Below are positions 33,250 to 44,226 of a stretch of DNA of 64,000 nucleotides, piece by piece. This stretch comes from an uncultured cyanobacterium. Lineage in GTDB: Bacteria > Cyanobacteriota > Cyanobacteriia > Cyanobacteriales > Cyanobacteriaceae. The position numbers and the translations under genes are program-made. The stretch is from positions 268,075-332,074 of the forward strand of contig CAVQBA010000005.1 in the NCBI GenBank assembly GCA_963710605.1. Direction: 5' to 3'. Within the stretch, counting starts at the first letter, position 1. Each line of letters opens with the position of its first letter. Below the pieces are notes generated by a model that was given only the letters and a program-made list of their open reading frames with translations, searched no databases and was not told the DNA's origin.

Positions 33250-34162
33250 ATGAAAATAACAACAAAAAAAGTCGAGATACTTTTAGAGAAAAATGCTTTT
33301 GCATTTTTTTTCCTGTTAAGACTATTATCCGAATTTCCAAAGTATTTTCAGTGGTATAATCTAACAGAATCTAACAGAATTAAACGATTAAAAAGTTTAG
33401 ATATCAAAAAATATAAAACAAGCGATACACTTTTTATCTTAGGAAGTGGTTCGTCAATAAATGAATTGGGTAAAGATGAATGGAAAATTATAAAAAATCA
33501 CGATTCTTTTGGAATAAATTTTTGGCTAATTCATGAACATATACCCACTTACTATATGTTCGAAGCGGGAAAATATTCAGATAGATTTAACACCTTCACT
33601 GAGCTATTAAAAATTAAAGCGGACAAGTATGAAAACGTTCCCTTTATACTCAAACATATTCACATCGATAATGATAATTTAGATTTATCCAAATTACCGA
33701 AAAAACTTAGAAAAAATCTTTTTACAGGATACGAATTTAAATTTCCTGGTAGTCTTGAATCGCGATTGAATGAATCCATAAAGCTCACTAACTATTTTAA
33801 TTTACATTTGATTAATAATATTCTTTTCTTTAAAAGAGCTTCTATTAGTCAAGCTCTATCTTTTGCTTTTAAAATGAAATATAAAAACATAGTACTTTGT
33901 GGTGTCGATCTCCAACAATACTAAATACTTTTATGAGGATGACTTTTATTATAGTTTAGGCATCCCGATTCCCGAGAATATTCAATCAGAATCTGTACAT
34001 AAAACTTTATCCTCTAATTATGGCGAAATAACCATTGATAAAGTTGTTTTAAGTATGAGTCAATATCTTCTTAAGCCTCATAACCTTAGTTTATATATAG
34101 GTTCAAAAAGCTCTTTTTTATATCCATTGTTACCTTATTACTTTGAGCAAGTAGCTTTGTGA
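33250..34162 (+). CDS. Sialyltransferase-like/DUF115-like protein, frameshift at ~33912
   Basis: LFILGSGSSIN...SISQALSFA...IVLCGVDL continues NNTKYFY after removing one C; lies on the opposite strand to the rest of the locus. Confidence 0.7.
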
Positions 34163-34206
34163 TTTAACAATTTCTGTCAACTTTTTTATTCTTCTTTTTA
34201 GGAAAT

Positions 34207-34980
34207 AGACCTCTTGCAAAACTAGAGAAATTATATGCTTCATAGATAGATAGATCGTGAAAGAATATTAAAAGTAATACTCAATTGTTTTTCTGTTTCT
34301 TCCATGAGCATCACAAAAAAGCCAAAAACTTCTAAGTCTAAATTTTTCGCATTTCAATTTTCAATTTTTGATTTTGTTGTGCCGATGAACTTGATAAGCT
34401 ATCTATTACAGAAATTTATTTGAGAGTTTGATGAGAACTTTAACTCATAATTGTATATTGCAGCGATTAAATTGCATCTTCTCTCAAATCCTTTGGTTCT
34501 ATTTCTGTATTTCCCTCTTATGATTGCAAATATCCTTAAGCTTCTGTTGATGTGTTCAATCTTGATTCTTTCTGTGCTTAATGCTTGATTGTATTCTTTT
34601 TCTAGTTTTGTTAATTGTTTATTTTTGCTTTTTTTGTATGGAACAAAACTATTTTGATGGTATTTTTGTATTCCCTGATAGCCGCTATCTTGAAAACTTT
34701 GTGTTTGAGGGTGAAGTTTTATTTTTGATGTTTTAAATAACTCAAAGTCATGATTTCTTCCTTTGCCACAAAACAAACAGATAATTTCTCCACTATCTTT
34801 ATTCGCTAATACTTGGCATTTGAGTGTGTGTTGTTTTTTTTTCCCGAATAGTATTGCCGTTGATTTTTAATAGGTCGTTGAATAGGAGTTTCGGTAACAT
34901 CAATTAAAATTGAATCAGGTACACAAGCTGATTGTAGTAAACTCTTTTTACCTTATAAACTAAATCGACCTGAGTTTAAA
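34207..34980 (-). mobile_element. IS5-family transposase 3' half (internal stop) plus IS ends
   Basis: LIDVTETPIQRP...YYSGKKKQHTLK...DSGYQG...RIKIEHINRSL; AGACCTCTTGCAAAA end at 34207. Confidence 0.85.
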
Positions 34981-35256
34981 AGTCGTTTTTCCCGCACCAT
35001 TTGCTCCAACTAAACCTAAAGCTTCACCTTTTTTTAACTCGAAATCAATGTCTTGCAATGCCCAAAACTCTTGAGGACGCAGGATATTATTTTTTGAACG
35101 TACCCCTGTTAACTCTTTAGCAATATCTTGAACTCCGTAATAAAGAGATTTTTTCAAATCACGGCAGAATTTTTTTGAGACACCTTCTACCGATAGGACA
35201 ATATTTTCGTCTTCAAAGAATTTTTTAGTTTTAGATTTGAGTATATTCTCAGTCAT
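34981..35256 (-). pseudogene. wzt: Truncated wzt 5' end, fused to the IS5 remnant
   Basis: 34981-35210 is near-identical to 32091-32320 and stops right after Walker A. Confidence 0.9.
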
Positions 35257-35304
35257 AAATATAAAGAAGCTATTGGTTATCTTTTAGGTTAATTACAAGT
35301 ATAG

Positions 35305-36285
35305 TTATTGTTTTTTTGAGTTAAGCAATGTCTTTACCGAACTTCGCCAACCAATGATTATTTGTGAGGTAAAAAAACTAGCGGGAAGTATTAAACCGAG
35401 TGTTAATTTGATACTACTTATCACAACGGTTATCGGATTGGTTAAGAATAAAGATGGATTTAACTTTAATGCTCGCCAATAATATTGTCCAGAGAGATAG
35501 CTGTTTGTCTTAGTAAAATTACTTTCAACTGCTTTTAAGCTCAAATATTGATAAAGATTAGCTAAATTTTGCTTTTTTAGATGTTGTAAATCTTCGGGTG
35601 CTTGAGAGAAAAAATATTCTAATGCTGTTTTACATTTTTGTTCGTGTTCGAGAAGGGCTTGACTAGTAGTTGAGCCTGAATAAATTCTATACCAGACATG
35701 AGGTTTTTTGACAACGGCAAAAGGATAAATTTTTGCCAAACGAAGAAAACAATCATAATCTTCACTATGAGACATCGATTCGTTAAAACCGCCTACGCGA
35801 ACAAAAGCATCTCGACGAATTAGGACATTAGAACCAGAATGTAAAAAATTTTCTTGTAGAAGTTGCGAATAGACTCGACCGCTATAATTGGGTTGCATTG
35901 TATCGATCGTATTTCCTGAAATATCAATCAATTTAGTCCAACTATAAGCTACGGCGGCTTCTGGATTTTCTTCTAATGCCTCTACTTGCTCTTTGAGTTT
36001 ATCGGGCATCCAGATATCGTCGGCATCGAGAAATGATAAGTATTCGCCATTAGCACAACTTACCCCTCGGTTTCGTGCGGCAGATACCCCAGTATTTTCC
36101 TGAGAAATTAGTTTAATACGAGAGTCGCAAAAGTTAGTAACAATTTCCACCGTATTATCAGTCGAACCGTCATTGACTATTATTACTTCAAAATCTTCAT
36201 AAGTTTGTGCTAAAAGAGAATTCAAAGTTTCCGCAATTGTTTTACTTACGTTATAAGCAGGAATTACGACAGAGATTGAGTTCAT
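35305..36285 (-). CDS. Glycosyltransferase family 2
   Basis: SVVIPAYN, DGSTD, FLDADD, EDYD. Confidence 0.93.
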   Translation of the reverse strand: MNSISVVIPAYNVSKTIAETLNSLLAQTYEDFEVIIVNDGSTDNTVEIVTNFCDSRIKLISQENTGVSAARNRGVSCANGEYLSFLDADDIWMPDKLKEQVEALEENPEAAVAYSWTKLIDISGNTIDTMQPNYSGRVYSQLLQENFLHSGSNVLIRRDAFVRVGGFNESMSHSEDYDCFLRLAKIYPFAVVKKPHVWYRIYSGSTTSQALLEHEQKCKTALEYFFSQAPEDLQHLKKQNLANLYQYLSLKAVESNFTKTNSYLSGQYYWRALKLNPSLFLTNPITVVISSIKLTLGLILPASFFTSQIIIGWRSSVKTLLNSKKQ

Positions 36286-36355
36286 ATTAAGTAGTTTAGG
36301 TAAGATTGTGGGAAAACACGGCTAATATCCAGAAAGAAGTTTTAACTTGATTGGG

Positions 36356-37336
36356 TTAAGCAATGTCTTTTTTACCCAACGCACGCCAACCAACGATTAT
36401 TCGTTTGAGAAAATTAGCAGGAAGTATCAAACCTAGTATTAATTTAATATAAGTCATCAAAACACCGATCGGATTACTCAAGACTAAAGACGGATTTAAT
36501 TTTAATGCTTGCCAATAATACTGTGCTGACAAATAGCTTTTTTCTCGATCGAAACTTCCTTCAATTGCTTTTAGACTCAAATACTGATAAAGATTGGCTA
36601 AGTTCTGCTTTTTTAAATATTGTAAATTTTGAGGTGCTTGAGAGAAAAAATATTCTGTTGCTTCTCTAAATTTTTGCTCATGTTCAAGCAGAGATTGACT
36701 AGTAGTCGAACCAGAATAAATTCTATACCAGACATGAGGTTTTTTGACCACAGCAAAAGGATAAATTTTTGCTAAACGAAGAAAACAATCATAGTCTTCA
36801 CCAAGAGACATCGCTCTGTGAGACATTGATTCGTTAAAACCTCCTATTTGCATAAAAACATCTCGATCGACTAGTATGTTAGAACCAGAATGTAAAAAGT
36901 TTCCTGTCAATAATTGTGCATAAACCTGACCGCTATAACTAGGTTTCATAGTAACGATCGGTTTTCCTGAAGCATCAATAAATTTAGTCCAACTATAAGC
37001 TACTACTGCTTCTTTGTTTGCTTGTAAAGCCTCTATTTGCTCTTTTAGTTTATCGGACATCCAGATATCATCAGCATCGAGGAATGATAAATATTTACCC
37101 TTAGCGCAACTTGCACCTCGGTTGCGGGCGGTAGATGCCCCACCATTATCTTGAGAAATTAGTTGAAGACGCTCCTCGCAAAAGCCAGAAACAATTTCTA
37201 CAGTATCATCAGTCGAACCATCATTTACCACTATTATTTCAATATTTTGATAAGTTTGTGCTAAAACACTATTTAAGGTTTCTACTATTGTTTTACTCGC
37301 ATTATAGGCAGGAATGACGACAGAGATTAAGTCCAT
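36356..37336 (-). CDS. Glycosyltransferase family 2
   Basis: Same motifs; close paralog of 35305-36285. Confidence 0.93.
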   Translation of the reverse strand: MDLISVVIPAYNASKTIVETLNSVLAQTYQNIEIIVVNDGSTDDTVEIVSGFCEERLQLISQDNGGASTARNRGASCAKGKYLSFLDADDIWMSDKLKEQIEALQANKEAVVAYSWTKFIDASGKPIVTMKPSYSGQVYAQLLTGNFLHSGSNILVDRDVFMQIGGFNESMSHRAMSLGEDYDCFLRLAKIYPFAVVKKPHVWYRIYSGSTTSQSLLEHEQKFREATEYFFSQAPQNLQYLKKQNLANLYQYLSLKAIEGSFDREKSYLSAQYYWQALKLNPSLVLSNPIGVLMTYIKLILGLILPANFLKRIIVGWRALGKKDIA

Positions 37337-37395
37337 ATTAGTTAATTAGATTGGTTAGTCAACAAAGGGCACTCGTGCAAAGGTAATTTTACATT

Positions 37396-38373
37396 TTAAG
37401 TTTTTAGTTCTACATTCTTTTGACGTAAACTCATAACAATCTTTTGAGTTACCGAAGTCGGTAGAATTAGAGCCATAATAATTTTCAGATAAATTTTAAT
37501 TGTTATATTTGGTTTAGATGTAAAAACAGTATATTTGGTTTTAAATGCCCGCCAATGATATTTTAATGCTAATACAGATTGCTTCTTTGTAAATTCACTT
37601 TCGATCGCTTTACAACCTAAATAGTAATAAAGATTAGCCAAACTTTTATTCTTCAAAAACTGTAATTCGGCAGGTGCTTGGGTAAAAGAATTATTAATAA
37701 CCCCAACAGAATCTTGCTCCATTTTCGATAATTTACTAGACATCGAATTTTGCTGACCAATTCGATACAAAATACCGACATGGGATACTGCTACAAATTG
37801 ATATTGTGCCGCCAAACGAATGAAAAGATCCCAATCGGCAGGGCCACTTAAAGACTCGTTAAAACCTTCTACTGTAGTCAATGCGTCTTTGTAAATTAGT
37901 GCGTTAGAACCACTTTGCAGAAAATCGGCAATCAAAATTTGTGGATATACGTCACCGCCATAAGTCATCCGCTCGTCTCGATCGATCTTATTTCCTTCTT
38001 CATCAATAAAGTCTGTCCAACTGTACGCGACTTTCGCTGACGGCGTGTTTTGTAAGACTTCTATCTGTTTAATTAACTTTTCTCTTGTCCACAAATCATC
38101 AGCATCGATAAAAGAGATATACTGCCCTTGAGCTAATGTAATCCCACGATTGCGACTTTTAGAAACACCGCTATTAGGATAAGAAAATACTTGAATTCTC
38201 GAATCATCATACTGACTTATAATATTGAGGCTATCATCAGTCGAGCCATCATCAATGATGATAATTTCTAAGTTACGGTAAGTTTGGTTTAAAACTGACT
38301 CTAAAGTTTCGGCAATAGTTCGTTCGCCGTTGTAAACAGGAATAACTACTGAAATTAAAGCGTATTGATTCAT
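37396..38373 (-). CDS. Glycosyltransferase family 2
   Basis: SVVIPVYN, DDGSTD, FIDADD. Confidence 0.93.
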   Translation of the reverse strand: MNQYALISVVIPVYNGERTIAETLESVLNQTYRNLEIIIIDDGSTDDSLNIISQYDDSRIQVFSYPNSGVSKSRNRGITLAQGQYISFIDADDLWTREKLIKQIEVLQNTPSAKVAYSWTDFIDEEGNKIDRDERMTYGGDVYPQILIADFLQSGSNALIYKDALTTVEGFNESLSGPADWDLFIRLAAQYQFVAVSHVGILYRIGQQNSMSSKLSKMEQDSVGVINNSFTQAPAELQFLKNKSLANLYYYLGCKAIESEFTKKQSVLALKYHWRAFKTKYTVFTSKPNITIKIYLKIIMALILPTSVTQKIVMSLRQKNVELKT

Positions 38374-38458
38374 AATTTGATTATAAAGTTAACCGAAAAA
38401 TAATATTCGCACTTTGACAAGTCCCGAACGTACGCAAAATACAATAAATACACAACCT

Positions 38459-38486
38459 GTAGAGGTAGAATATATTCTACCCCTAC
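38459..38486. repeat. GTAG-type REP-like palindrome
   Basis: GTAGAGGTAGAATATATTCTACCCCTAC; related copies near 18292-18316 and 48294-48320. Confidence 0.6.
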
Positions 38487-38695
38487 CATATATAATGTTT
38501 TCGCTTAAGTTCTAAAGTCTTTAAAATATTTAACATCGCAGATAGTATTAGTTGGTAGTAAGCCTTTTAAGGCTTATTGAGGTAATAGCTAAAGCTATCA
38601 CTACAAACTTTATTTGTTGTTTGGGTACGTAAACTCGATCTTATACCAAATTTAAAAAATAAAAAGACAGTTCGATCGGGCTTATCGTGAAGGTT

Positions 38696-40171
38696 TTAAC
38701 CCTCAACATCCAAAATTTCAGCTATTATTTTCTCAACTGCTTTTTGAGAGCCATTAATACTAAAATATTTCTTGATAAATGCTTCCATACTTGGTTGGTA
38801 TTTTGCGGTATAATCGGCTTCTGTGACAATTTTTCTAATCGTTTCTTGAGCCTCTGCCAAACTTTTTACTTCAATTCCTGCCCCTGCTCGACAGACATCG
38901 GGAAAATAAGCAGGTAGAGAAGTAACATTAAAAATAAGTGGTAAAACTCCAAGGGCGATCGCTTCTAAAATAGTTGTCGAATAGATTGCTACCATCAAAC
39001 AACTCATTTCTAACACTTGGGCTAGAGGGTATTGAGATGAAGGAACTAATTTAAGGTTAGAAAATTGGCTCAACTTGGTTTTATCTTCTAAAGGTAAAGG
39101 AAACTGAGGATGCTCTCTAACTAGTACAGAAATTTCGGAAAACTCTTTTGCTGTAAGAATTGCTAAGTCTAACATTTGATTCCAGCTTTTTTTGCTTCCT
39201 AACTCTCCTGGAGACTGGAGAAAAAAAGAAATCGCCTCTTTTTGTTGAGGCTGACGGGATAGAGACTCAGCAGACTTGAGAATATGGCTACCAGTAACAA
39301 CGAAGTTTTGCTGAGGATTGTATGGTTGTAAAATTTCCGCAAATCCTTCTCCCCAAACTAACATCTTACTGTAAGACATATTACGAAAACCATTATGAAC
39401 GATCGGCGACCAACCTTGTTGAAAACAAATTACGGGAATATTACATTGCTTACCTACTTGATTGATAACTTCATCTTGAATATGATTACCTTCTAAAACT
39501 ATTAAGCACTTTGGTTGCACTTGTTTGACGATCGTATAAAAATAATTATAAAGATAAATTATCCCGAAGTTAATACGAAAGTACTTACTAGGTTGTTCTC
39601 TAAAAGCGAAAAATAGAGATGTATCGATCTCTATAGATGGTAACTGATTTTTTTCAAAAAACTGATTTACATGAATATGGGGGGTAACATAAGTAAATGA
39701 AAGTCGATCGTCTTTAGTAATAGGTTCTAGAAATCTGACAAATTTTTCATGTTCGATATAAACCAAAACTGTATCGGGTTTTGGTTTTGGTTTTGGTTTT
39801 GGTTTTAAGTTTAATGCTAGATGATAGAGTTTATCTTTTACGGTTTGCAAAAGCGATCGTATTCGATCTTCTCTAACAACAAGTCGCTTTAATTCAATTT
39901 GTCGCTCGAAAAGATAAAAAATAAAATCCCGTTCTGAAATAGTGTCAAACTCGATCGATTCTGGTAATTCGTCTTGTCGCCATTGTTCAAACAGATGATA
40001 ACCTCGTTCATTCTTAAACCAAGAAAAATATAAACTACGCTCCACTGCATATTTTAAATTAGCACCGTCATAAAAAAAGGCTTTACGATCTTCTTTTTCC
40101 TGAGCGTTGGTATAAGACTCGATCGCACGACAGAGTTGTTGAATATATTCATATCTTAAATCCTCTTGCAT
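38696..40171 (-). CDS. Putative GT-B nonulosonic-acid transferase / capsule biosynthesis protein
   Basis: LVWGEG, VVTGS, VREHP, STTILEA; directly downstream of neuB. Confidence 0.6.
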   Translation of the reverse strand: MQEDLRYEYIQQLCRAIESYTNAQEKEDRKAFFYDGANLKYAVERSLYFSWFKNERGYHLFEQWRQDELPESIEFDTISERDFIFYLFERQIELKRLVVREDRIRSLLQTVKDKLYHLALNLKPKPKPKPKPDTVLVYIEHEKFVRFLEPITKDDRLSFTYVTPHIHVNQFFEKNQLPSIEIDTSLFFAFREQPSKYFRINFGIIYLYNYFYTIVKQVQPKCLIVLEGNHIQDEVINQVGKQCNIPVICFQQGWSPIVHNGFRNMSYSKMLVWGEGFAEILQPYNPQQNFVVTGSHILKSAESLSRQPQQKEAISFFLQSPGELGSKKSWNQMLDLAILTAKEFSEISVLVREHPQFPLPLEDKTKLSQFSNLKLVPSSQYPLAQVLEMSCLMVAIYSTTILEAIALGVLPLIFNVTSLPAYFPDVCRAGAGIEVKSLAEAQETIRKIVTEADYTAKYQPSMEAFIKKYFSINGSQKAVEKIIAEILDVEG

Positions 40172-40174
40172 AGC

Positions 40175-42421
40175 TTAAAACCACTTTTCTAAACGATCTA
40201 AAGCGTACCAAAATCCTTCTCCATCATTATTATGCCCTTGCCAAATTTCGGGGATAAATGAGGCTTGAGGAGCGATATTATCTAATCTTTGAGCCAAAGC
40301 CAGAAAATCAATTTCGCCCGAATCAATTTGTAAACCTTCTCCATCTACTTTAGTTGCATCTGCAATATGAAGATGAGCCGTGTAAACGCCTACTTGTTCG
40401 ATAAATTCTTGAAAAGAAGTTTGAGTATGATTACAAGCAAGTTTGGAGTGAGAAACATCCAAACAAATTCGATAACCATGCTGACAAAAGTCGAGAATAT
40501 TTTGAGCATTAACAAATAAATTATGATAGCTTTGTCCGCCAAAGTGCCAAGGAAAAGGAGGCATTGTTTGGGGGATAATTTCGACTCCTTCTGTATCTAA
40601 AGCTGATAAGCTCGATAGTAATAACTCAAAACGTTTTTTTTGTTCGTCTTGAGGTAAAGGAGCATTTCTGGTAAACCCGCCCACATTAGTCACGATTGGG
40701 GGTTGGGTAGCTTTAGAAAAATATTGTTTAAGGTTTCGGGTGACTTCAATGACTCTTTGTAACTCGTCGATCGATTTTTGACGGTAAGTTTCATCGGGAG
40801 AACAAAGATCGAGAATGAGATCGCCACGAAAAAGCTCAGGTGAATGAACGACTAAATCTAGATCGTAAACTCGATCGAAATAGGAAGCAAGATCAACTTC
40901 TAAATCTTTATAACTAAGATGAAACTCTAACAAATCGGGATTTGACTTCGATAAAATGTTTTTAAAGTCGTGATAGCGAACGGGAATTCCCCAAGGGCGT
41001 TTGAAAGTATAATTTCTTGGTTTTATTTGTGTCGACTCTAAATCGCTAGGAAAGAAAAAATCCCCTGCTTTGAGATTGCGTACCGCAGAGCGTCCGATTA
41101 ATTGAGCTTTGTAATTAGGTTGTAATCCCTTACCAGGGCTTTTAACCTCTAGCATCTTTTCTTCGATCGTTTGCCCTGCTTTTAAATCGCAATTAATAAC
41201 TAGACTTTTGGCTAATGTTTCTCGATTGATCAATTCTCCTTGAGATAAATTTCTGGGGGTAGAGGTGCCTAAAGCTAATTCTACCTGACGAATTCCTTTA
41301 ACCATCGTTTTTAATTCGTGGGGCAACAAACTAACTTTGTGATCGTTTCCTTCCATACTTCGATCGAGGGTTAGATGTTTTTCGATTACTTTTGCCCCTT
41401 TGCCCACTGAGGCGATGGCGACATAAATATCTCTTTCATGACCAGAATATCCCACCAAACAGTCTCCAATTTCCTTTAGTCTTTCTAAATAATTGAGATT
41501 GATGTCTTTAAAAGGAGCGGGATAGGTCGAATTACAATGTAAGAGGATATAAATTGCTCCTAATCGCTTTAAAAGGGCAACAGATTCTTTAATTTCTGCC
41601 TCTGTCGCCATTCCTGTGGAGCAGATTAAAGGTTTACCCGTTGCCACCAGAGCTTTTAACAGATCGTGATTGGTTAAGTCTGCTGAAGCTACTTTATAAG
41701 CCTTCATGCCATATTCTTCTAGCAAATTTAGACTTTCAAAATCCCAAGGCGTACAAAGGGGAATTATTCCTTTTTGCTGACAGTAATTAAAGGCTGACAA
41801 TAATTCTTCTGGTTTTAATTGAAAACGAGAAAGTAAATCTAATGTATATTGAGAACCTAAATCCTCGCTATCGTCGTTGGCATTTCCTGCATTTTTATAT
41901 AAGCCTGATAAATGACGCATTTGAAATTTGGCACAGTTTGCTCCTGCTTCAACCGCCGCATCAATTAATTCTTTAGCACGGTTTAGGCTTCCGTTATGAT
42001 TATTTCCAATCTCGGCAATAACGAAAGTAGATGATTCGGGATTAAGATTAAATTCACCGATCGAGATTCCTTCTGTCGGACGTGAATGGGCGATGGCGAC
42101 TAAACGATCGTATTCATCCAATAACGGTATAAACTCAATGTTATTAGAGAAAAGAGACTCGATTTCGTCACGATCGTCTTTGAATAAGGCAAACTTAAAA
42201 TTTTTGTTAGAAAGTTCGGCTACAGGTTGATTGAGATCGATCGTTTCTTGAGACACTAACCAGCGACGGAAATCTCCATCGGTAACAACCCCTTCTAACA
42301 CTCCAGACTCGGTGACAGAAAAAATAATTCTACTTTTGTTGTCGCTAATTTTTTTTAATGCTTCGACGATCGAATCTTCTGCAAAAACAACATACTTTCT
42401 GAGATTGGTTTCAATAATCAT
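40175..42421 (-). CDS. neuB: NeuB/SpsE-family nonulosonate synthase, CBS-NeuB-SAF-TIM barrel fusion
   Basis: IAEIGNNHNG, KFQ, STGMA, LHCNSTYP, GYSGHE, IEKH; N-terminal CBS pair (GVVTDGDFRR); C-terminal DVSH...HLHIAD...PEIW. Confidence 0.92.
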   Translation of the reverse strand: MIIETNLRKYVVFAEDSIVEALKKISDNKSRIIFSVTESGVLEGVVTDGDFRRWLVSQETIDLNQPVAELSNKNFKFALFKDDRDEIESLFSNNIEFIPLLDEYDRLVAIAHSRPTEGISIGEFNLNPESSTFVIAEIGNNHNGSLNRAKELIDAAVEAGANCAKFQMRHLSGLYKNAGNANDDSEDLGSQYTLDLLSRFQLKPEELLSAFNYCQQKGIIPLCTPWDFESLNLLEEYGMKAYKVASADLTNHDLLKALVATGKPLICSTGMATEAEIKESVALLKRLGAIYILLHCNSTYPAPFKDINLNYLERLKEIGDCLVGYSGHERDIYVAIASVGKGAKVIEKHLTLDRSMEGNDHKVSLLPHELKTMVKGIRQVELALGTSTPRNLSQGELINRETLAKSLVINCDLKAGQTIEEKMLEVKSPGKGLQPNYKAQLIGRSAVRNLKAGDFFFPSDLESTQIKPRNYTFKRPWGIPVRYHDFKNILSKSNPDLLEFHLSYKDLEVDLASYFDRVYDLDLVVHSPELFRGDLILDLCSPDETYRQKSIDELQRVIEVTRNLKQYFSKATQPPIVTNVGGFTRNAPLPQDEQKKRFELLLSSLSALDTEGVEIIPQTMPPFPWHFGGQSYHNLFVNAQNILDFCQHGYRICLDVSHSKLACNHTQTSFQEFIEQVGVYTAHLHIADATKVDGEGLQIDSGEIDFLALAQRLDNIAPQASFIPEIWQGHNNDGEGFWYALDRLEKWF

Positions 42422-42427
42422 TGGTTA

Positions 42428-43129
42428 CTAACTCCCTATGCGATTTTGATGTAACATAATTTGCTCGACAATTGTAAAATCAAGTAAAGAATCGATTTCT
42501 AGTGCTGCGTTGTCACTCATTTTAAATAGTGTAATTTTCCCACCTAAACGATTACCTAACTTTTTTAAAACCCAAGGTTTGAAAATATAAATAGAACCAT
42601 TTTCCATATATTGAGGTAACATTTCTTGACGACGCTGACGTTGTTGATAATTATAGTTAATCGACTCAGGATTGCCATTTTTTTCTTGCCATAAAAAGCG
42701 ATGGGATGGTGAAACCGACAGTAATGAATCGGCTTGCTCTTTTTGTAGTTGAACGATCGCTTCATCGATGTCTGTTTTCGCTCTTATGGGTGAAGTACAT
42801 TGAAGAAAAACTACTATCTTGGGTAATATTCCTTCTTGCTCTAAAGTTTCTAAAGTATGAAGTAAAGCTGATTCTGAAGAAGCTGTATCTGTTGCTAAAG
42901 TTGAAGGACGATCGATAACCTCCGCACCATATTCACTAGCAACGGTAGCTATTTCGTTATCATCCGTGGATACATATACTCGATCTACTAATTTAGATTC
43001 TTTAGCTACTGTAATTGAGTGAGTAATCAAAGGTTTATTTGCCAACAGACGTATATTTTTTCCTGGCACTCCTTTTGAGCCTCCACGAGCGGGAACGATC
43101 GCAATTACTTCTAGATTAGATTTATCCAC
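42428..43129 (-). CDS. neuA: Acylneuraminate cytidylyltransferase
   Basis: PARGGSKGVPGKNI, VSTDD, LQCTSP, ENGSIY, EIDS. Confidence 0.93.
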   Translation of the reverse strand: MDKSNLEVIAIVPARGGSKGVPGKNIRLLANKPLITHSITVAKESKLVDRVYVSTDDNEIATVASEYGAEVIDRPSTLATDTASSESALLHTLETLEQEGILPKIVVFLQCTSPIRAKTDIDEAIVQLQKEQADSLLSVSPSHRFLWQEKNGNPESINYNYQQRQRRQEMLPQYMENGSIYIFKPWVLKKLGNRLGGKITLFKMSDNAALEIDSLLDFTIVEQIMLHQNRIGS

Positions 43130-43358
43130 AATAAATATTTTTGTTAAAGTTGGTACAATTTTTTAATGAGATCCATGCTGATAGTCAGTTAAATAAATTT
43201 ATACATAGCGATCGCTGTTTAAGAATTAGTATTCGGAATTGTTGAAATTTTATTCCATTGCTATTTAATTTTATTATACTTTTTCGGCGAGAGTCCCCCT
43301 TCTGTAAGGGGGATTTAGGGGGATTGATCTTAATATTTTTTTAATTTAGTATTAACCA

Positions 43359-44135
43359 TTAACCAAGGATTATTTTTTTAGCATACTGATAAAATTCTAG
43401 ATCGGGCTGACATATTTGGGTTATCTTTTCCATTAAAGAGGAATCTATTTGAGGATTTGAGATAGGATTTTTATTCTCATGAGGAATTTTAAGATCTAGT
43501 GCTAATTTCTCCTTACATTCAACTTGAAATTGGGTAAGCTCTTCTAAAAATCCAACTACAGTAAATTTAGTTAAATTATCTTTAGCTATTACTATTTTTT
43601 CCTTAATATCGGTAGGATCGTTATTAGAAAAACCGCCAATAAAGTTTATATAAGAAACTCCTCGTGCTTTACTTCTTTTTGAATCTATAAAAGACTCAAT
43701 ATCTTCTGTTATTCTGGCATGATCGTCTTTTTTATAAGCATCAAAAAAAAAGTTAGAAATATATCTACTAATCGGCTCTCTTAAAACAGTGATATAAGCA
43801 TATTTTTGTCCAAAAGTGTTCCAGATTTCTTGATTGAAACGTGTATGTCCGCTAATGTATTTTGTATCTTTAATCATTTCATGAGCTACTATGTGATGAC
43901 TAAAGTAAGATGTACTGTGGTTTTTGTTTGGCGGATTTTCCAAATCATAAAGAGTTTGGGCTCCTTTTTGTATATAAGAAGGTTCGAGATGACATGATGA
44001 AAACGGATAAAACTTACTTATAGCACGATCGAGTGAAGTTCCGCCTGTCTTGGGAATATGAATAAAAAAAACGTTTTTTCTTTGATTACCTCCTGTTATC
44101 TTTTGCAGGTATTTTTTGGCAACTTGCTGATACAT
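43359..44135 (-). CDS. Sulfotransferase family 2 protein
   Basis: FIHIPKTGGTS (5'-PSB), LREPISRYIS (3'-PB). Confidence 0.9.
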   Translation of the reverse strand: MYQQVAKKYLQKITGGNQRKNVFFIHIPKTGGTSLDRAISKFYPFSSCHLEPSYIQKGAQTLYDLENPPNKNHSTSYFSHHIVAHEMIKDTKYISGHTRFNQEIWNTFGQKYAYITVLREPISRYISNFFFDAYKKDDHARITEDIESFIDSKRSKARGVSYINFIGGFSNNDPTDIKEKIVIAKDNLTKFTVVGFLEELTQFQVECKEKLALDLKIPHENKNPISNPQIDSSLMEKITQICQPDLEFYQYAKKIILG

Positions 44136-44226
44136 AAAACTTACTTTTTTGCTAGCTTAAATAATACTATTTTTAAATTTCAAATACTTAAATAATAATT
44201 ACATATTGTTGACGATCGCACTTTTA

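Noticed and set aside
34981-37336. Diversity-generating retroelement template/variable repeat pair suggested by near-identical segments
   Set aside because: Differences are mostly synonymous and not confined to adenines, and no reverse transcriptase is present.
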